Shown here piece by piece: positions 28,347 through 37,823 of a stretch of 58,959 nt of DNA (its first letter is position 1; each line of letters begins with the position of its first letter). Source of the DNA: an uncultured Saprospiraceae bacterium (GTDB lineage Bacteria; Actinomycetota; Acidimicrobiia; Spongiisociales; UBA5794); NCBI GenBank assembly GCA_964195515.1, contig CAXMQO010000036.1:1-58959 (forward strand), given 5' to 3'. A program made the translations under genes and the position numbers. Under the pieces are notes generated by a model. The model ran no database searches, was not told the DNA's origin, and saw only the letters and a list, made by a program, of their open reading frames with translations.

Positions 28347-30101
28347 CTAGAGGATCTCGACGAGGCCGTTGGTGCCGTCGACCCGCAGGCGATCGCCGGT
28401 CTTGATCTCGCGGGTGGCGACACCGGTGCCGGTGACACCGGGGATACCAAACTCACGAGCCATGACGGCCGGATGCGCAACCATGCCCCCGGCGTCGCAC
28501 ACGATTCCGCCGATGATGGCGAACAGCGTGGTCCATGCAGGGTTGGTCATCTGGCAGACCAGAATGTCGCCCGGCTGCACCTCATCAAACTCTGCCGGCG
28601 AGGAAACGACCTTGGCGATGCCCTCGATGACGCCGGGGGAGACGCCGAGACCTTCGACCCTGCCCGCGGTCTCCGTGTCGAACCCGAGCTTCTCGGGGAA
28701 GCCCCAGAGGTTCAGGTACGGGAACTGCATCTGGTCTTCGGTCGCCGTGCCGATGAAGTCCGGCGGACGGATCTTCTCATGCTTGGCACGAGTCGCACGC
28801 CGCTCGGCGACGATCGCCTTTGCGTCGAGCAGACTCGGATCACCCATCAAGTAGCGGAGCTCGTTGTACTTGAGATAGATGACGTCATCCGGCTCATTGA
28901 GCAGACCCATCTCGACCAGCTTCCGACCGATGCAGATCAGCACCACACGAGTGTGCTGGTGCGTGCCCTGATCGATGTAGAAATGGTGGTCCGGGGTGAG
29001 CGGAGCCATCTGCAAGTTGATCTCGTTGGCTGCCTTGAGTGCCTCGAGCTCGTCTCCTTCTTCGATCCCCTCGAGCAGCTCCTCGGCCGCAGCCTTGATG
29101 TCTACCTCGAGATGGGCAACGATCGGACGGTGGTCATAGTCGGAGTCCAGATAGCCCTTGAGCATGTCGAGCACCGGCTCCGGTGTCTCGAACCGTGACG
29201 GGTAGATGAACTCGTGGCTCCACACGGCGTGCCAGCCGAACTCGCGCTGATAGGCCTTCAGGCCCCCGGCGATGAACTCACGGCCGCTCTCGGTCGATTC
29301 GAGAGCTGCGAGGATGTCGGCGCCCTTCTCATTGGCGAATGCCGCCATGAGGTCGTCGTCTGCCTTGATCTCGTCCTTCAGGCCGACGAGGACCTCGATC
29401 GCGTCCCAGTTGCGGTCGGCGGCCGAGTTCTGCAGACGGCCGAGGATCTCCTCGTGCGTCGGCGTGATCTTGTCCTCTCCGCCGAGGGCTGCGCCAAGAG
29501 TGCCGCGGAGTGCCAGTGTCGATGACAACTGCGAGAAGTTGAGCATCCAGTGGATCTTCCAGTGGCGATCGACGATGTCGATTGCGTCTTCGAGGATCGT
29601 GGCCCACTCCATGAGCGGGATGTTCTCGTAGTCGTCGATCTTCTCTTCGAGATAGGCCAGATTTCCTGCCATCTCCGGGACCAGGCGTTCGGCCCACCAC
29701 GTCGGGAAGTTCGCGCCGTATGTCGGAAGGACTGCACCCAGGTAGGCGCCGATCTTGGCGCCATATTCGGGGTCATCCTTCGGAACACGCGGAAAGTAGA
29801 CGTTGCCGAACTCCGTTGCCGGAACGGCCATGTCCGGATCGCACGGAACCGCAGCGGTGTACAGGTACCCGTTGACGACCTTCTTGATCCAGTCAGACGC
29901 GAACGGCGTGCCGAACCTGCGGAACATGTGATCGCAGGTGTTCACCCAGTTGGCGATGTCGTCATACATCGGCGACACGGGGCGTGGGCAGTGCAGATCG
30001 TCGTAGACCCAGAACAGCTTCTTCTCTTGCTCCGATTCCCACTCAACGGGGAAGCTCTCGTCTCCGAAGAACTCCGCTATGACCTTGCTGGTATCTGCCA
30101 T
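28347..30101 (-). CDS. PEP-utilising enzyme: substrate-binding plus phosphohistidine swivel domain, no ATP-grasp (phenylphosphate synthase A/RPH-like)
   Basis: FWVYDDLHCPRP N-terminal motif; C-terminal MTNPAW, GGMVAHPAVMAREFGIP, RVDGTNG; GGAG before ATG 30101. Confidence 0.82.
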   Translation of the reverse strand: MADTSKVIAEFFGDESFPVEWESEQEKKLFWVYDDLHCPRPVSPMYDDIANWVNTCDHMFRRFGTPFASDWIKKVVNGYLYTAAVPCDPDMAVPATEFGNVYFPRVPKDDPEYGAKIGAYLGAVLPTYGANFPTWWAERLVPEMAGNLAYLEEKIDDYENIPLMEWATILEDAIDIVDRHWKIHWMLNFSQLSSTLALRGTLGAALGGEDKITPTHEEILGRLQNSAADRNWDAIEVLVGLKDEIKADDDLMAAFANEKGADILAALESTESGREFIAGGLKAYQREFGWHAVWSHEFIYPSRFETPEPVLDMLKGYLDSDYDHRPIVAHLEVDIKAAAEELLEGIEEGDELEALKAANEINLQMAPLTPDHHFYIDQGTHQHTRVVLICIGRKLVEMGLLNEPDDVIYLKYNELRYLMGDPSLLDAKAIVAERRATRAKHEKIRPPDFIGTATEDQMQFPYLNLWGFPEKLGFDTETAGRVEGLGVSPGVIEGIAKVVSSPAEFDEVQPGDILVCQMTNPAWTTLFAIIGGIVCDAGGMVAHPAVMAREFGIPGVTGTGVATREIKTGDRLRVDGTNGLVEIL

Positions 30102-30462
30102 GCGGCAAATCTCCTTCCTCAACGGACCTGCACCGGGATCGGCCCACGATGGACTCGATCGGACTCCGGCGCCCTTCTGTGTTCTCTGAGAGTTCCGACT
30201 CCTGCGTTGGTGCTCCTCTCACTACGTCGGTCGGACCGACTCGACGCGAAGCCCTCGTGGGACACGTCGCTCTCGAGCCTTCATCACGTCTGGTGCCGCT
30301 GTATCGAGGGGAGCGACGGCAACCATGCTCACATCCCCGAAACCGTTGGACATCCCGGCGCATCAAAGAGAATCCGCCGGACGCTCCCCAGGATATGGAG
30401 GGTCGTCACCGCAAGAGCCATCACGATGGGACGGTCTTTTCCGACACCTGCACGCATCATCC

Positions 30463-30477
30463 TCGATAATCGATTAC
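30463..30477. promoter_or_regulatory. Repeated operator TCGATAATCGATTAC
   Basis: Just downstream of the -10 box; 18 nt (ATCCTCGATAATCGATTA) identical to the site at 40144. Confidence 0.72.
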
Positions 30478-30481
30478 TTGC

Positions 30482-30511
30482 AGTTTACGGATGTGACCGC
30501 AGATCCGTCAA
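30482..30511 (-). promoter_or_regulatory. Sigma-70-type promoter for the PEP-utiliser operon
   Basis: Minus strand TTGACG-N18-TAAACT. Confidence 0.62.
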
Positions 30512-30543
30512 CTCAAGAATGGGTGGGAAGGTGCCAGTTCGAG

Positions 30544-30674
30544 GTCGCCAGTCGCCAGTCGCCGATCGCCGGCCAGAAACCCGCGTGGCGAAGCCCCCCT
30601 TCTGATAGATGCCGCCCCCTAAGCATTCGCCACCTTCCCCCATTGGGAAGGAATAGGAGTGGTGGCTGGCGACC
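30544..30674. repeat. Heptamer tandem (GTCGCCA)n with inverted partial copy and an internal hairpin
   Basis: GTCGCCA x2, GTCGCCG, ATCGCCG at 30544-30571; TGGCTGGCGACC at 30663-30674; CCTTCCC/GGGAAGG stem at 30633-30651. Confidence 0.55.
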
Positions 30675-30684
30675 GGAGACGGGT

Positions 30685-32976
30685 TCAGTCCGTCTCCAAC
30701 TCACCCATCGCCTTCAGCACCTTTTCCGGGGTGATCGGGAGGTCTCTGATGCGTACACCGATCGCGTCGTAGAGCGCGTTGGCGATCGCGGGCGGAGTCG
30801 CGGCCGCTGCCGGTTCTCCGACACCCTTGGCACCGTAGGGGGCCTCGTCGTGGACGGACTCGACGATGATCGGAGTGATCTCGGGCATGTCCATGATCGT
30901 CGCGACCTTGTAGTCCGCAAGATTCCCGTTCTCGATGCGGCCATCCCGGTATGAGAATCCTTCGAGGATCCCGTTCGAGAGACCCATCACGACGCCACCC
31001 TCGATCTGCTGCTCGACCGTCATCGGATTGATGGCCTTTCCGACATCGGCTGCGGCGGCGACCTTGAGGACGCGGATCACGCCGGTCTCGGTGTCTACCT
31101 CGATCTCTGCGGCCTGGGTGCACAACATCCAAAAGATGCTGCTCATCCACTCCTCACCGGGATCGGCCTTGAGCAGCGGCGACTTCGCGCTCGAGAAGCG
31201 CGCTCCGGCGGTGACCGAGTACCCCTCTCCGGAGTACTTCGCCAACAGATCCTTCAGCGTGATCTGGAGTTCGCCGTCGAGGTCGCAGATGGCGCCGTCG
31301 CGCATTTCGAGCGCCTCGGGTTCAACCTCGAGCACCTCGCCGGCAAGGCTAAGGACCTGTTCGCGGATCTCGGCACCGGCGGAAAGGATCGCATTGCCCA
31401 TGTGGTACGTCGTGCGACTTGACGCCACTGGTCCGTTGTATGGGGTCATGAGCGTGTCGGTGCGCGGAACCACAACATCGGTGAGCGGCACGCCGATCGC
31501 GTCTGCAGCCATCTGGGCGAGAACGGTGTCCTGCCCGGATCCGATCTCGGGAGCAGCACAGATCACGGTTGCACGTCCGTCTTGTTCGAGGTTGATGACA
31601 ACGTTCGAACTCGACGGTGTCATCGTGGGCTTGATCATGGTCGCTATGCCCTTGCCTCGCCGAAGGTGCGGCGCAGGTTCACGTTCGCCCGAACCCCACC
31701 CGATCTCAACGGCCGATCGCTCGATCGTCTCGTGCAAGCCGACGCTGTGCATGATCTGGCCGTTGAGGTAGGCGTCGCCCTCTACGTATCCATTCAGGAG
31801 ACGAATCTGCACGGGATCGATGCCCAGTTCAACAGCGATCTCGTCCATCTGCGTCTCGCACGCCCAGGTGACCTGGGTCGTGCCGTACCCGCGGTACGAG
31901 CCGGTGATCGACTTGTTGGTGTAGACCTGACGGGAGAGGATCTTGAGGTCAGGAATCCGGTACGGTCCGACGATGGTCTGGGACCCGCGGATCGCGACAC
32001 CGACCGTATACGCCGTGTAGGCGCCGCTGTCCCAGAGGACCTCGGCGCTCCGAGCGATCATGTGCCCGTCGCGGCTCACGCCCGTCTTCAGCTTCATGAT
32101 TGCCGGCACCCGCAACTGGGACGCAACGAGGTCTTCCTCGCGGGTGAATTCGACGCGGACGGGCCGGCCGCCGGCATGGCGGGCCAGCGCAACGGCGATC
32201 GCCTCGGCGACGGGAACACCTTTGCCTCCGAACGAGCCGCCAACCTGAGCGACGATGAGGCGGACGCGGCTGCTGTCGACGCCGAGACCGGCAGCGAGTT
32301 CATTGCGCAGCAGGAACGGCCGATCGGTGGAGACCCAAAGCGTGTAGCCGCCGGAGCCGGAGTCGTATTGGGCGATTGCGGCGTGCACCTCGAGGGCGAC
32401 GTGGCTGATGGCGTGGGCGGAGTACTCCCCTTCGACAACCAGGTCTGCTGCCGCGAATCCGGCCTCGACGTCGCCGCGCTCGTAGCGGTAGATCGTGTTG
32501 ATGTTGGTGTGCGGGACGATGTCGCTCGGGCCCCGTTTGTAAGCATGGAGGTCGGGGTGGACGAGCGGAGCGTCTGGGTCCAGAGCGGCGCGCATGTCGA
32601 CGACGGCAGGCATCTCTTCGTAGTCGACGCGAACGAGGTCGAGCGCCTCCTGCGCCTGTGCCTCGGTAGCCGCGGCGACGGCTACGACCGGTTCACCGAC
32701 GTAGCGCACACGGTCGATCGCCAGGAACGGCTGGTCTTTGATAGCCGCACCGAAGAGGAGCGGGAAGTCGCGACCGGTGACGACGATCTCCACGCCTGGA
32801 GCGGCTTCGGCTGCCGCCGTGTCGATCGACACGATGCGCGCATGTGGATGCGGGCTTCGAAGAACGGCGCCGTGCAGCATGCCGGGCATTGCGACGTCGA
32901 CGCCGTACACAGCGCTGCCTGTGACCTTCTCAACCGAATCGACCCGGGGTGCCCGGGTACCCACATACATCGTCAT
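30685..32976 (-). CDS. Xanthine dehydrogenase family molybdopterin-binding (large) subunit 2
   Basis: GGSFGGK, SYRGYG, EIGSG, VASSRTT, QQIEGG, KGVGEP. Confidence 0.92.
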   Translation of the reverse strand: MTMYVGTRAPRVDSVEKVTGSAVYGVDVAMPGMLHGAVLRSPHPHARIVSIDTAAAEAAPGVEIVVTGRDFPLLFGAAIKDQPFLAIDRVRYVGEPVVAVAAATEAQAQEALDLVRVDYEEMPAVVDMRAALDPDAPLVHPDLHAYKRGPSDIVPHTNINTIYRYERGDVEAGFAAADLVVEGEYSAHAISHVALEVHAAIAQYDSGSGGYTLWVSTDRPFLLRNELAAGLGVDSSRVRLIVAQVGGSFGGKGVPVAEAIAVALARHAGGRPVRVEFTREEDLVASQLRVPAIMKLKTGVSRDGHMIARSAEVLWDSGAYTAYTVGVAIRGSQTIVGPYRIPDLKILSRQVYTNKSITGSYRGYGTTQVTWACETQMDEIAVELGIDPVQIRLLNGYVEGDAYLNGQIMHSVGLHETIERSAVEIGWGSGEREPAPHLRRGKGIATMIKPTMTPSSSNVVINLEQDGRATVICAAPEIGSGQDTVLAQMAADAIGVPLTDVVVPRTDTLMTPYNGPVASSRTTYHMGNAILSAGAEIREQVLSLAGEVLEVEPEALEMRDGAICDLDGELQITLKDLLAKYSGEGYSVTAGARFSSAKSPLLKADPGEEWMSSIFWMLCTQAAEIEVDTETGVIRVLKVAAAADVGKAINPMTVEQQIEGGVVMGLSNGILEGFSYRDGRIENGNLADYKVATIMDMPEITPIIVESVHDEAPYGAKGVGEPAAAATPPAIANALYDAIGVRIRDLPITPEKVLKAMGELETD

Positions 32977-33437
32977 GCGCCTTCTCCTTTGACCTCGAGC
33001 ACTGCTTCGAGGATCTTGGGATAGGCACCGCACCGGCAGAGGATGCCACCGAGCGCCTTCTTCACGTCCTCAACGTCCGGCTGATCGTCCTTCCTGAACA
33101 GAGCGGTGGTCGTCAGCACCATGGCAGGGGTGCAGAAGCCACATTGAAATGCTCCGGTCTTGACGAACGCGTGCTGGACGTCACTGAGTTCACCGTCCGA
33201 GGCTAGGCCCTCGATGGTCTCGATGTGAACGCCGTCTGCATCCGCTGCCAGCACCAAGCACGATGTGATCGGCTCGCCGTCTGCGAGCACCACACAGGTC
33301 CCGCATTCACCGACGCCGCATCCCTCCTTTGTTCCGGTCAGCACCATGTTCTCGCGGAGCACCTCCAGAAGCGTGAGCCTGGCGTCGACAACGATCTGAA
33401 TTCGCTTGCCGTTGACGGTGAGATCGAGGCTGATCAT
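32973..33437 (-). CDS. XDH-family 2x[2Fe-2S] subunit 2
   Basis: GTKEGCGVGECGTC...C and QCGFC...CRC. Confidence 0.93.
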   Translation of the reverse strand: MISLDLTVNGKRIQIVVDARLTLLEVLRENMVLTGTKEGCGVGECGTCVVLADGEPITSCLVLAADADGVHIETIEGLASDGELSDVQHAFVKTGAFQCGFCTPAMVLTTTALFRKDDQPDVEDVKKALGGILCRCGAYPKILEAVLEVKGEGA

Positions 33438-34327
33438 CAGACCGCCACCTCGACACCGGCAGATCGGACGGCACCCCGGAGTGCCCGCAGCGTCAACACC
33501 CGCGCGAGGGTCGTGCGATACGAAGCGCTTGCCCGCATGTCACCGATCGGCCTGGCCTCGCCGCTCGCGGCTTCGGCAGCCGCTGCCAGCAGTGCCTCTG
33601 TTGGCATCTCGGAGCGCAGGAGCGACTCCGTGCCCAACGCTCGAAACGGTGTCGGCCCCAGCGAGGCCAGGGCGATTCGACAGTCGAGGATCTCACCGCC
33701 GTCGCCGATGACAACACTTGCCGACACGCCGGCGAGCGCGATATCGGTCCCGCTGCCTCGTTTGCCGAGCTTCACGTGCGCCGAGCCAAAGCCGGGTGGT
33801 GGTTGCGGCAAGGTGAAGAAGGTGATGATGTCGGACGGGGCCAGAGACGTGGCGCCGGGCCCGATGTACAAGTCTTCGGCGAGTTCGTCTCTGTCTCCAT
33901 CAACGCCTACGACGGCGGCACGGGCCTCGTGAACGATGAGGGCCGGTCCGAGGTCCGATGCCGGCGATGCGCGCCCGACGTTGCCGCCGATGGTGGCCAG
34001 AGCCCGGACGGGAGGTGATGCCAGAATCGAGGCCGCTTGCGCAAGCGCCGGGTGACGCTGCTGAACGAGAAGGGACGCCTCGACGGCGGCCACCTTCGTG
34101 AGCGCACCAATCCGGGTCCCGCCCGCATTGTCCTCAACGCCGCTGAGACCGGGAATTCGCTTGAGGTTGACGACCGTAGATGGTCGCATGCGACCCATCT
34201 TCATGTCCACGACCAGGTCGGTCCCTCCCGCGAGGACGCGTGCCCCATCACCCGCGATGGCGAGGATCTGAACCGCCTCATCGAGGGAGGTCGGTTCGTA
34301 GTAGTCGAATTCACGGAGTCGTTTCAA
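33437..34327 (-). CDS. XDH-family FAD-binding subunit 2
   Basis: LAGGTDL, ATIGGN, SPASD, RASASYR; TTG start. Confidence 0.92.
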   Translation of the reverse strand: MKRLREFDYYEPTSLDEAVQILAIAGDGARVLAGGTDLVVDMKMGRMRPSTVVNLKRIPGLSGVEDNAGGTRIGALTKVAAVEASLLVQQRHPALAQAASILASPPVRALATIGGNVGRASPASDLGPALIVHEARAAVVGVDGDRDELAEDLYIGPGATSLAPSDIITFFTLPQPPPGFGSAHVKLGKRGSGTDIALAGVSASVVIGDGGEILDCRIALASLGPTPFRALGTESLLRSEMPTEALLAAAAEAASGEARPIGDMRASASYRTTLARVLTLRALRGAVRSAGVEVAV

Positions 34328-34352
34328 ACTCCGCCCCTCCTGTCGATCGGTT

Positions 34353-34739
34353 TCATTTCTGCTGCAGCAACTCGAGCGTAACGCCGTCGGGAGTCTCTAC
34401 GAAGGCGATAGTGAAGCCTCCTGCACCTGGCCGTGGCCCGTCGACCATCAGTCCCTGCTCACGAAACCGGTCCAGGTCCGCATCGAGGTCTGCGGTGAGG
34501 ATGCCGATGTGTTCCAGTCCCAGGTAGGGGATGGCCGGGGGATCATCGATCGACTCGTCCTCCCCGGGACCGGGTGTGGTGATGTTGAGTCGGACCCCGT
34601 CGAACTCGACCGGAGTGAACAGCATCGTCCCGAACTGGATCTCCGGAAGTCTCGTTCCGCCGAACATGTCGAGCCACCACTCGGCGCTCGCATCCGGGTC
34701 TCTCGACTTGATGTGAATGTGATGGAGGGCGTGTGCCAT
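34353..34739 (-). CDS. VOC/glyoxalase family protein
   Basis: LHHIHI, LEHIGI, FVETPDGVTLEL metal-binding pattern. Confidence 0.88.
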   Translation of the reverse strand: MAHALHHIHIKSRDPDASAEWWLDMFGGTRLPEIQFGTMLFTPVEFDGVRLNITTPGPGEDESIDDPPAIPYLGLEHIGILTADLDADLDRFREQGLMVDGPRPGAGGFTIAFVETPDGVTLELLQQK

Positions 34740-34975
34740 GTTGCTCCTTCGGTCTCGTCATTCCCTGCATACTCTCGTGACGTGATGACGGTGGTTGCCC
34801 CACCACCGTCATACCGCTCTCCAACCGTTCGAATTCGGTCACCGACCATCGGTTGACAGCCGCAACGTTAGCCAGACGAGCTGAGCCTCTCGCAAGCGGA
34901 TCCCTGGAATCGGGTACAGCGAACTCGCTACAGCGGCTGCTGCGCTGAAGTGGTGTGAACCCATTCCTCGTTGGT

Positions 34976-35005
34976 TTGACGGGGCCCAAACACAAAACAT
35001 ATAAT
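34976..35005 (+). promoter_or_regulatory. Near-consensus sigma-70 promoter for ABC operon 2
   Basis: TTGACG-N18-TATAAT in a roughly 65% GC background. Confidence 0.72.
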
Positions 35006-35012
35006 CGATTAT
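35001..35012. promoter_or_regulatory. Operator ATAATCGATTAT overlapping the -10 box
   Basis: Perfect 12-bp palindrome, same core as 30463, 40148, 46758. Confidence 0.72.
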
Positions 35013-35178
35013 CTATGAACGATAGTTCTGCGGCAACCGCCGCGACGCATCACGACGCGATGGCAGCAATGGATTGCGGGCCACCGTCGAGACACCTTGT
35101 CGAAGGTGTGTCAGCCCCTAGGCTGTCGTTGTCCCTTGGGGCGACGACACCAAGTGGACCGGGAGAGACCGAGGTCTG

Positions 35179-36051
35179 ATGGACATCATCTCCGACTCAA
35201 TCGTTGTTGGCCTGACGGAGCAGGCTCCCCTCATTCTCGCCGCCATGGGCTTCGCTCTTCTGTACCGCCTCACGGGTCTCATCAATGTGGCCTACTCAGA
35301 GACGATCACGCTCGGCGCCTACATGGCGATGTGGATCAACACTACGTTCGACCTCAACTTCTACACCATCCTCATTCCGACCGGGATTCTCGCGGGGCTG
35401 ATCAGCGTAGCCACCTACTTCGCGGTCTTCAGACCGGCCAAACTCCGCCACGTCGGCGGTCTGGAAATGATCATCATCTCCTTTGGCCTATCCGTCTTCC
35501 TCCGCCACGGCCTGCAGTTCGTGTTCGGTTACCCGGTCCGGTTCTTCGACGTACCCGCCCCGCACACGATCTTCGTGCTGGGAGTGGGAGTCTCGTCGTT
35601 CCGCCTCGTCGCCGTGATCAGTGTCTTTGTCCTCGCCCTGGGACTCTTCTGGTTCATCCAGAAGACCAGCTACGGACTCCAAATCCGAGCCCTGGCCAGC
35701 GACGAGGGTCTGGCGCAGGTCAGCGGGATCCGGCCGCTGGCCGTCACCGTCTTGATCTGGTTCCTCGCCGGTGTCGCCGGCGGCCTCGCCGGTGCGTTCT
35801 ACGGCGTCGGTTCCGCAGCCGCTCCATTGCTCGGATGGCGACAGTTCCTCTTCATCCTGCTGGTCGTTCTGGTGGGAGGGGCCAAGAACATTGGAGGCGT
35901 CATCATCGTCGGAGCGATTACGGCCGTGTCGCTCACCTTCATGACGCTTCAATTCGGTCAGGCGCTCTACTCCCAACTGGTGCTCATCGTTGTGTTCATC
36001 GTCATCCTGAAGGTCCGCGGAACGCGGGCGGCCGAAGCGGGGAAGGTCTAG
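35179..36051 (+). CDS. Branched-chain-amino-acid-type ABC permease (LivH-like)
   Basis: GLINVAYSE, GLQIRALAS, VLVGGAKNIGG. Confidence 0.88.
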   Translation: MDIISDSIVVGLTEQAPLILAAMGFALLYRLTGLINVAYSETITLGAYMAMWINTTFDLNFYTILIPTGILAGLISVATYFAVFRPAKLRHVGGLEMIIISFGLSVFLRHGLQFVFGYPVRFFDVPAPHTIFVLGVGVSSFRLVAVISVFVLALGLFWFIQKTSYGLQIRALASDEGLAQVSGIRPLAVTVLIWFLAGVAGGLAGAFYGVGSAAAPLLGWRQFLFILLVVLVGGAKNIGGVIIVGAITAVSLTFMTLQFGQALYSQLVLIVVFIVILKVRGTRAAEAGKV

Positions 36052-36055
36052 CGGC

Positions 36056-37006
36056 ATGAACTTGGACTGGCTCGACGCATTCCTCGTATACGGACTCTTC
36101 TCCGTCTTGATGGTGATCGGTCTGGCCCTGCTGCTTCATCTACAGCTGGGACTCGCCCGGATCGCCAACTTCGGCATCGTCGGCTTCTGGGGTTTGGGGA
36201 TGTACGCCTTCGGTGTGCTGTTCGTCCGGGTCGACTGGCCCTTTGGCGAGGTCTGGGCATTCCTCATATCTATGGCATTCGGTACGCTCGTGGCCGGTCT
36301 CGCCGGCCTCGCCGTCGGATGGGTGATCGCCGACCTCGACACGGACGGCGTGCTCGTGGGCACGCTCGGCTTCGCCACCTGCGTGTGGATCGTGGCAACG
36401 ACCGAGCAAGACCTGACGGGTGGGGCGCTCGGAATGGGCGGACTCGGCTTCCCCTATGACATCGGCAGCGTCAAGGCGAACGAGACACTGTGGCTGGCGA
36501 TCCTGGCCATCGTGGTCGCCTTGATCCTCTACTACGTGTCTCGCGTCCACAAGTCGTCATACGGCCGATTGCTCATTTCGATCGGTGACAACGAGCCGCT
36601 GGCACGCAGCCTGGGAAAGCGGTCTTTCCGAACCAAGCTGTTGCTGTTCGCCGGCACTTCGGCGGCCATGGGATTCCTGGGCGCCATCTTCGGGGTGATG
36701 GAGCGGTTCCTGGATACCGGCAACCTCGGAATCGATATCACCCTCGCAGCCATGGTCGCACTGGTGGTCGGCGGTACCACGCGGACCTGGGGAGCCGTCG
36801 TCGGCGCCGCTCTGACCGTGGCGATTTTCGACATTCTCTTTCAGTCCTACATCCCGTTCCCTCAGTCGTGGTATGGACAAGCAATTCCGAACATTCGGGA
36901 GATGACGTTCGGCGCCGCTCTCATTCTCGTTCTCATGTTCCGGCCGAACGGCATGCTCGGCGAGATGCGAAGGGATAAGTTGATGCGGAGGATGCATGGC
37001 AGCTGA
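36056..37006 (+). CDS. Branched-chain-amino-acid-type ABC permease (LivM-like)
   Basis: GLARIANFG, YGRLLISIGDNE, VVGGTTRTWG. Confidence 0.88.
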   Translation: MNLDWLDAFLVYGLFSVLMVIGLALLLHLQLGLARIANFGIVGFWGLGMYAFGVLFVRVDWPFGEVWAFLISMAFGTLVAGLAGLAVGWVIADLDTDGVLVGTLGFATCVWIVATTEQDLTGGALGMGGLGFPYDIGSVKANETLWLAILAIVVALILYYVSRVHKSSYGRLLISIGDNEPLARSLGKRSFRTKLLLFAGTSAAMGFLGAIFGVMERFLDTGNLGIDITLAAMVALVVGGTTRTWGAVVGAALTVAIFDILFQSYIPFPQSWYGQAIPNIREMTFGAALILVLMFRPNGMLGEMRRDKLMRRMHGS

Positions 37007-37823
37007 TACCAGCGACACCGCGTCGACCGCGGAGCCCACCGGTGGCAGCGCAGGTTCGCGTCCCAATGTCCACATCCAAGACGCCACGAAGAGCTTCGGT
37101 GGACGCGTCGTCGTGGATATCGACGATTTGATCTTGGGGACGCACCCGATCGAAGGACTGATCGGCCCAAACGGAGCGGGCAAGACCACGCTCATGCGGA
37201 TGATCACGCACGCCATCTCCCTCGACAAGGGCACCGTCACACTCTCGGCCCATGACAACGACGGACCGGTGGTTCTCTCGAACCTGCCGACCAGCAGCAT
37301 GGCTCAACACGGCGTGGCGAAGACGAACCAGGTGATCACCGACTTCGAACAACTGACGATCCTGGACTCGATGCTCCTCTCGATCGCGAAGGGGCCCGAC
37401 GAGCGGGCCTACAAGATCTACCGAGAGCAAGGCCTCTACGCGGACCACATCGATGAGATCCAGTGGTATCTCGATCAGTTCGACTTCGAGGATCCGTATG
37501 GGTTCGCCGGCTCAGCCGGTGAGAAGAAGCTCCTGGACATCATTCGCTGTCTGCTGCTGAGGCCGCGGGTCCTGCTCCTCGACGAGCCAACCGCGGGCCT
37601 CCCCGACCACGTCCGCGATCAACTCATGGAACTCATCAAGCAGAAGACCGCAGAGGAGAATATGGCTGTCGTGATCGTCGAGCACGATCTGCATGTGATC
37701 TGGACCATGTGTGACTACGTCCATTTCATGGCCGAGGGGAGCGTTGTGCTGCAGGGCGAACCCGCGTACATCAGGGACCACGAAACCGTGATCGAGCAGT
37801 ACTTGGGCAGCGGCCATGTTTGA
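36996..37823 (+). CDS. ABC ATP-binding protein (LivG-like)
   Basis: GPNGAGKT, LLLDEPTAG, VEHD; degenerate signature GSAGEKK. Confidence 0.87.
   Translation: MAADTSDTASTAEPTGGSAGSRPNVHIQDATKSFGGRVVVDIDDLILGTHPIEGLIGPNGAGKTTLMRMITHAISLDKGTVTLSAHDNDGPVVLSNLPTSSMAQHGVAKTNQVITDFEQLTILDSMLLSIAKGPDERAYKIYREQGLYADHIDEIQWYLDQFDFEDPYGFAGSAGEKKLLDIIRCLLLRPRVLLLDEPTAGLPDHVRDQLMELIKQKTAEENMAVVIVEHDLHVIWTMCDYVHFMAEGSVVLQGEPAYIRDHETVIEQYLGSGHV

Noticed and set aside
30170-30230. Glycine-riboswitch-like words (GGAGCA...GGAACTCTCAG) on the minus strand
   Set aside because: GGAGAG/CCGAAG core and tandem aptamer not found by eye; needs an Infernal scan, so not called
22890-33033. Aerobic CO dehydrogenase (coxMSL) call for either trio
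   Set aside because: Neither large subunit has the AYXCSFR form-I loop (AFRGFG and SYRGYG instead) and no coxDEFG genes are adjacent
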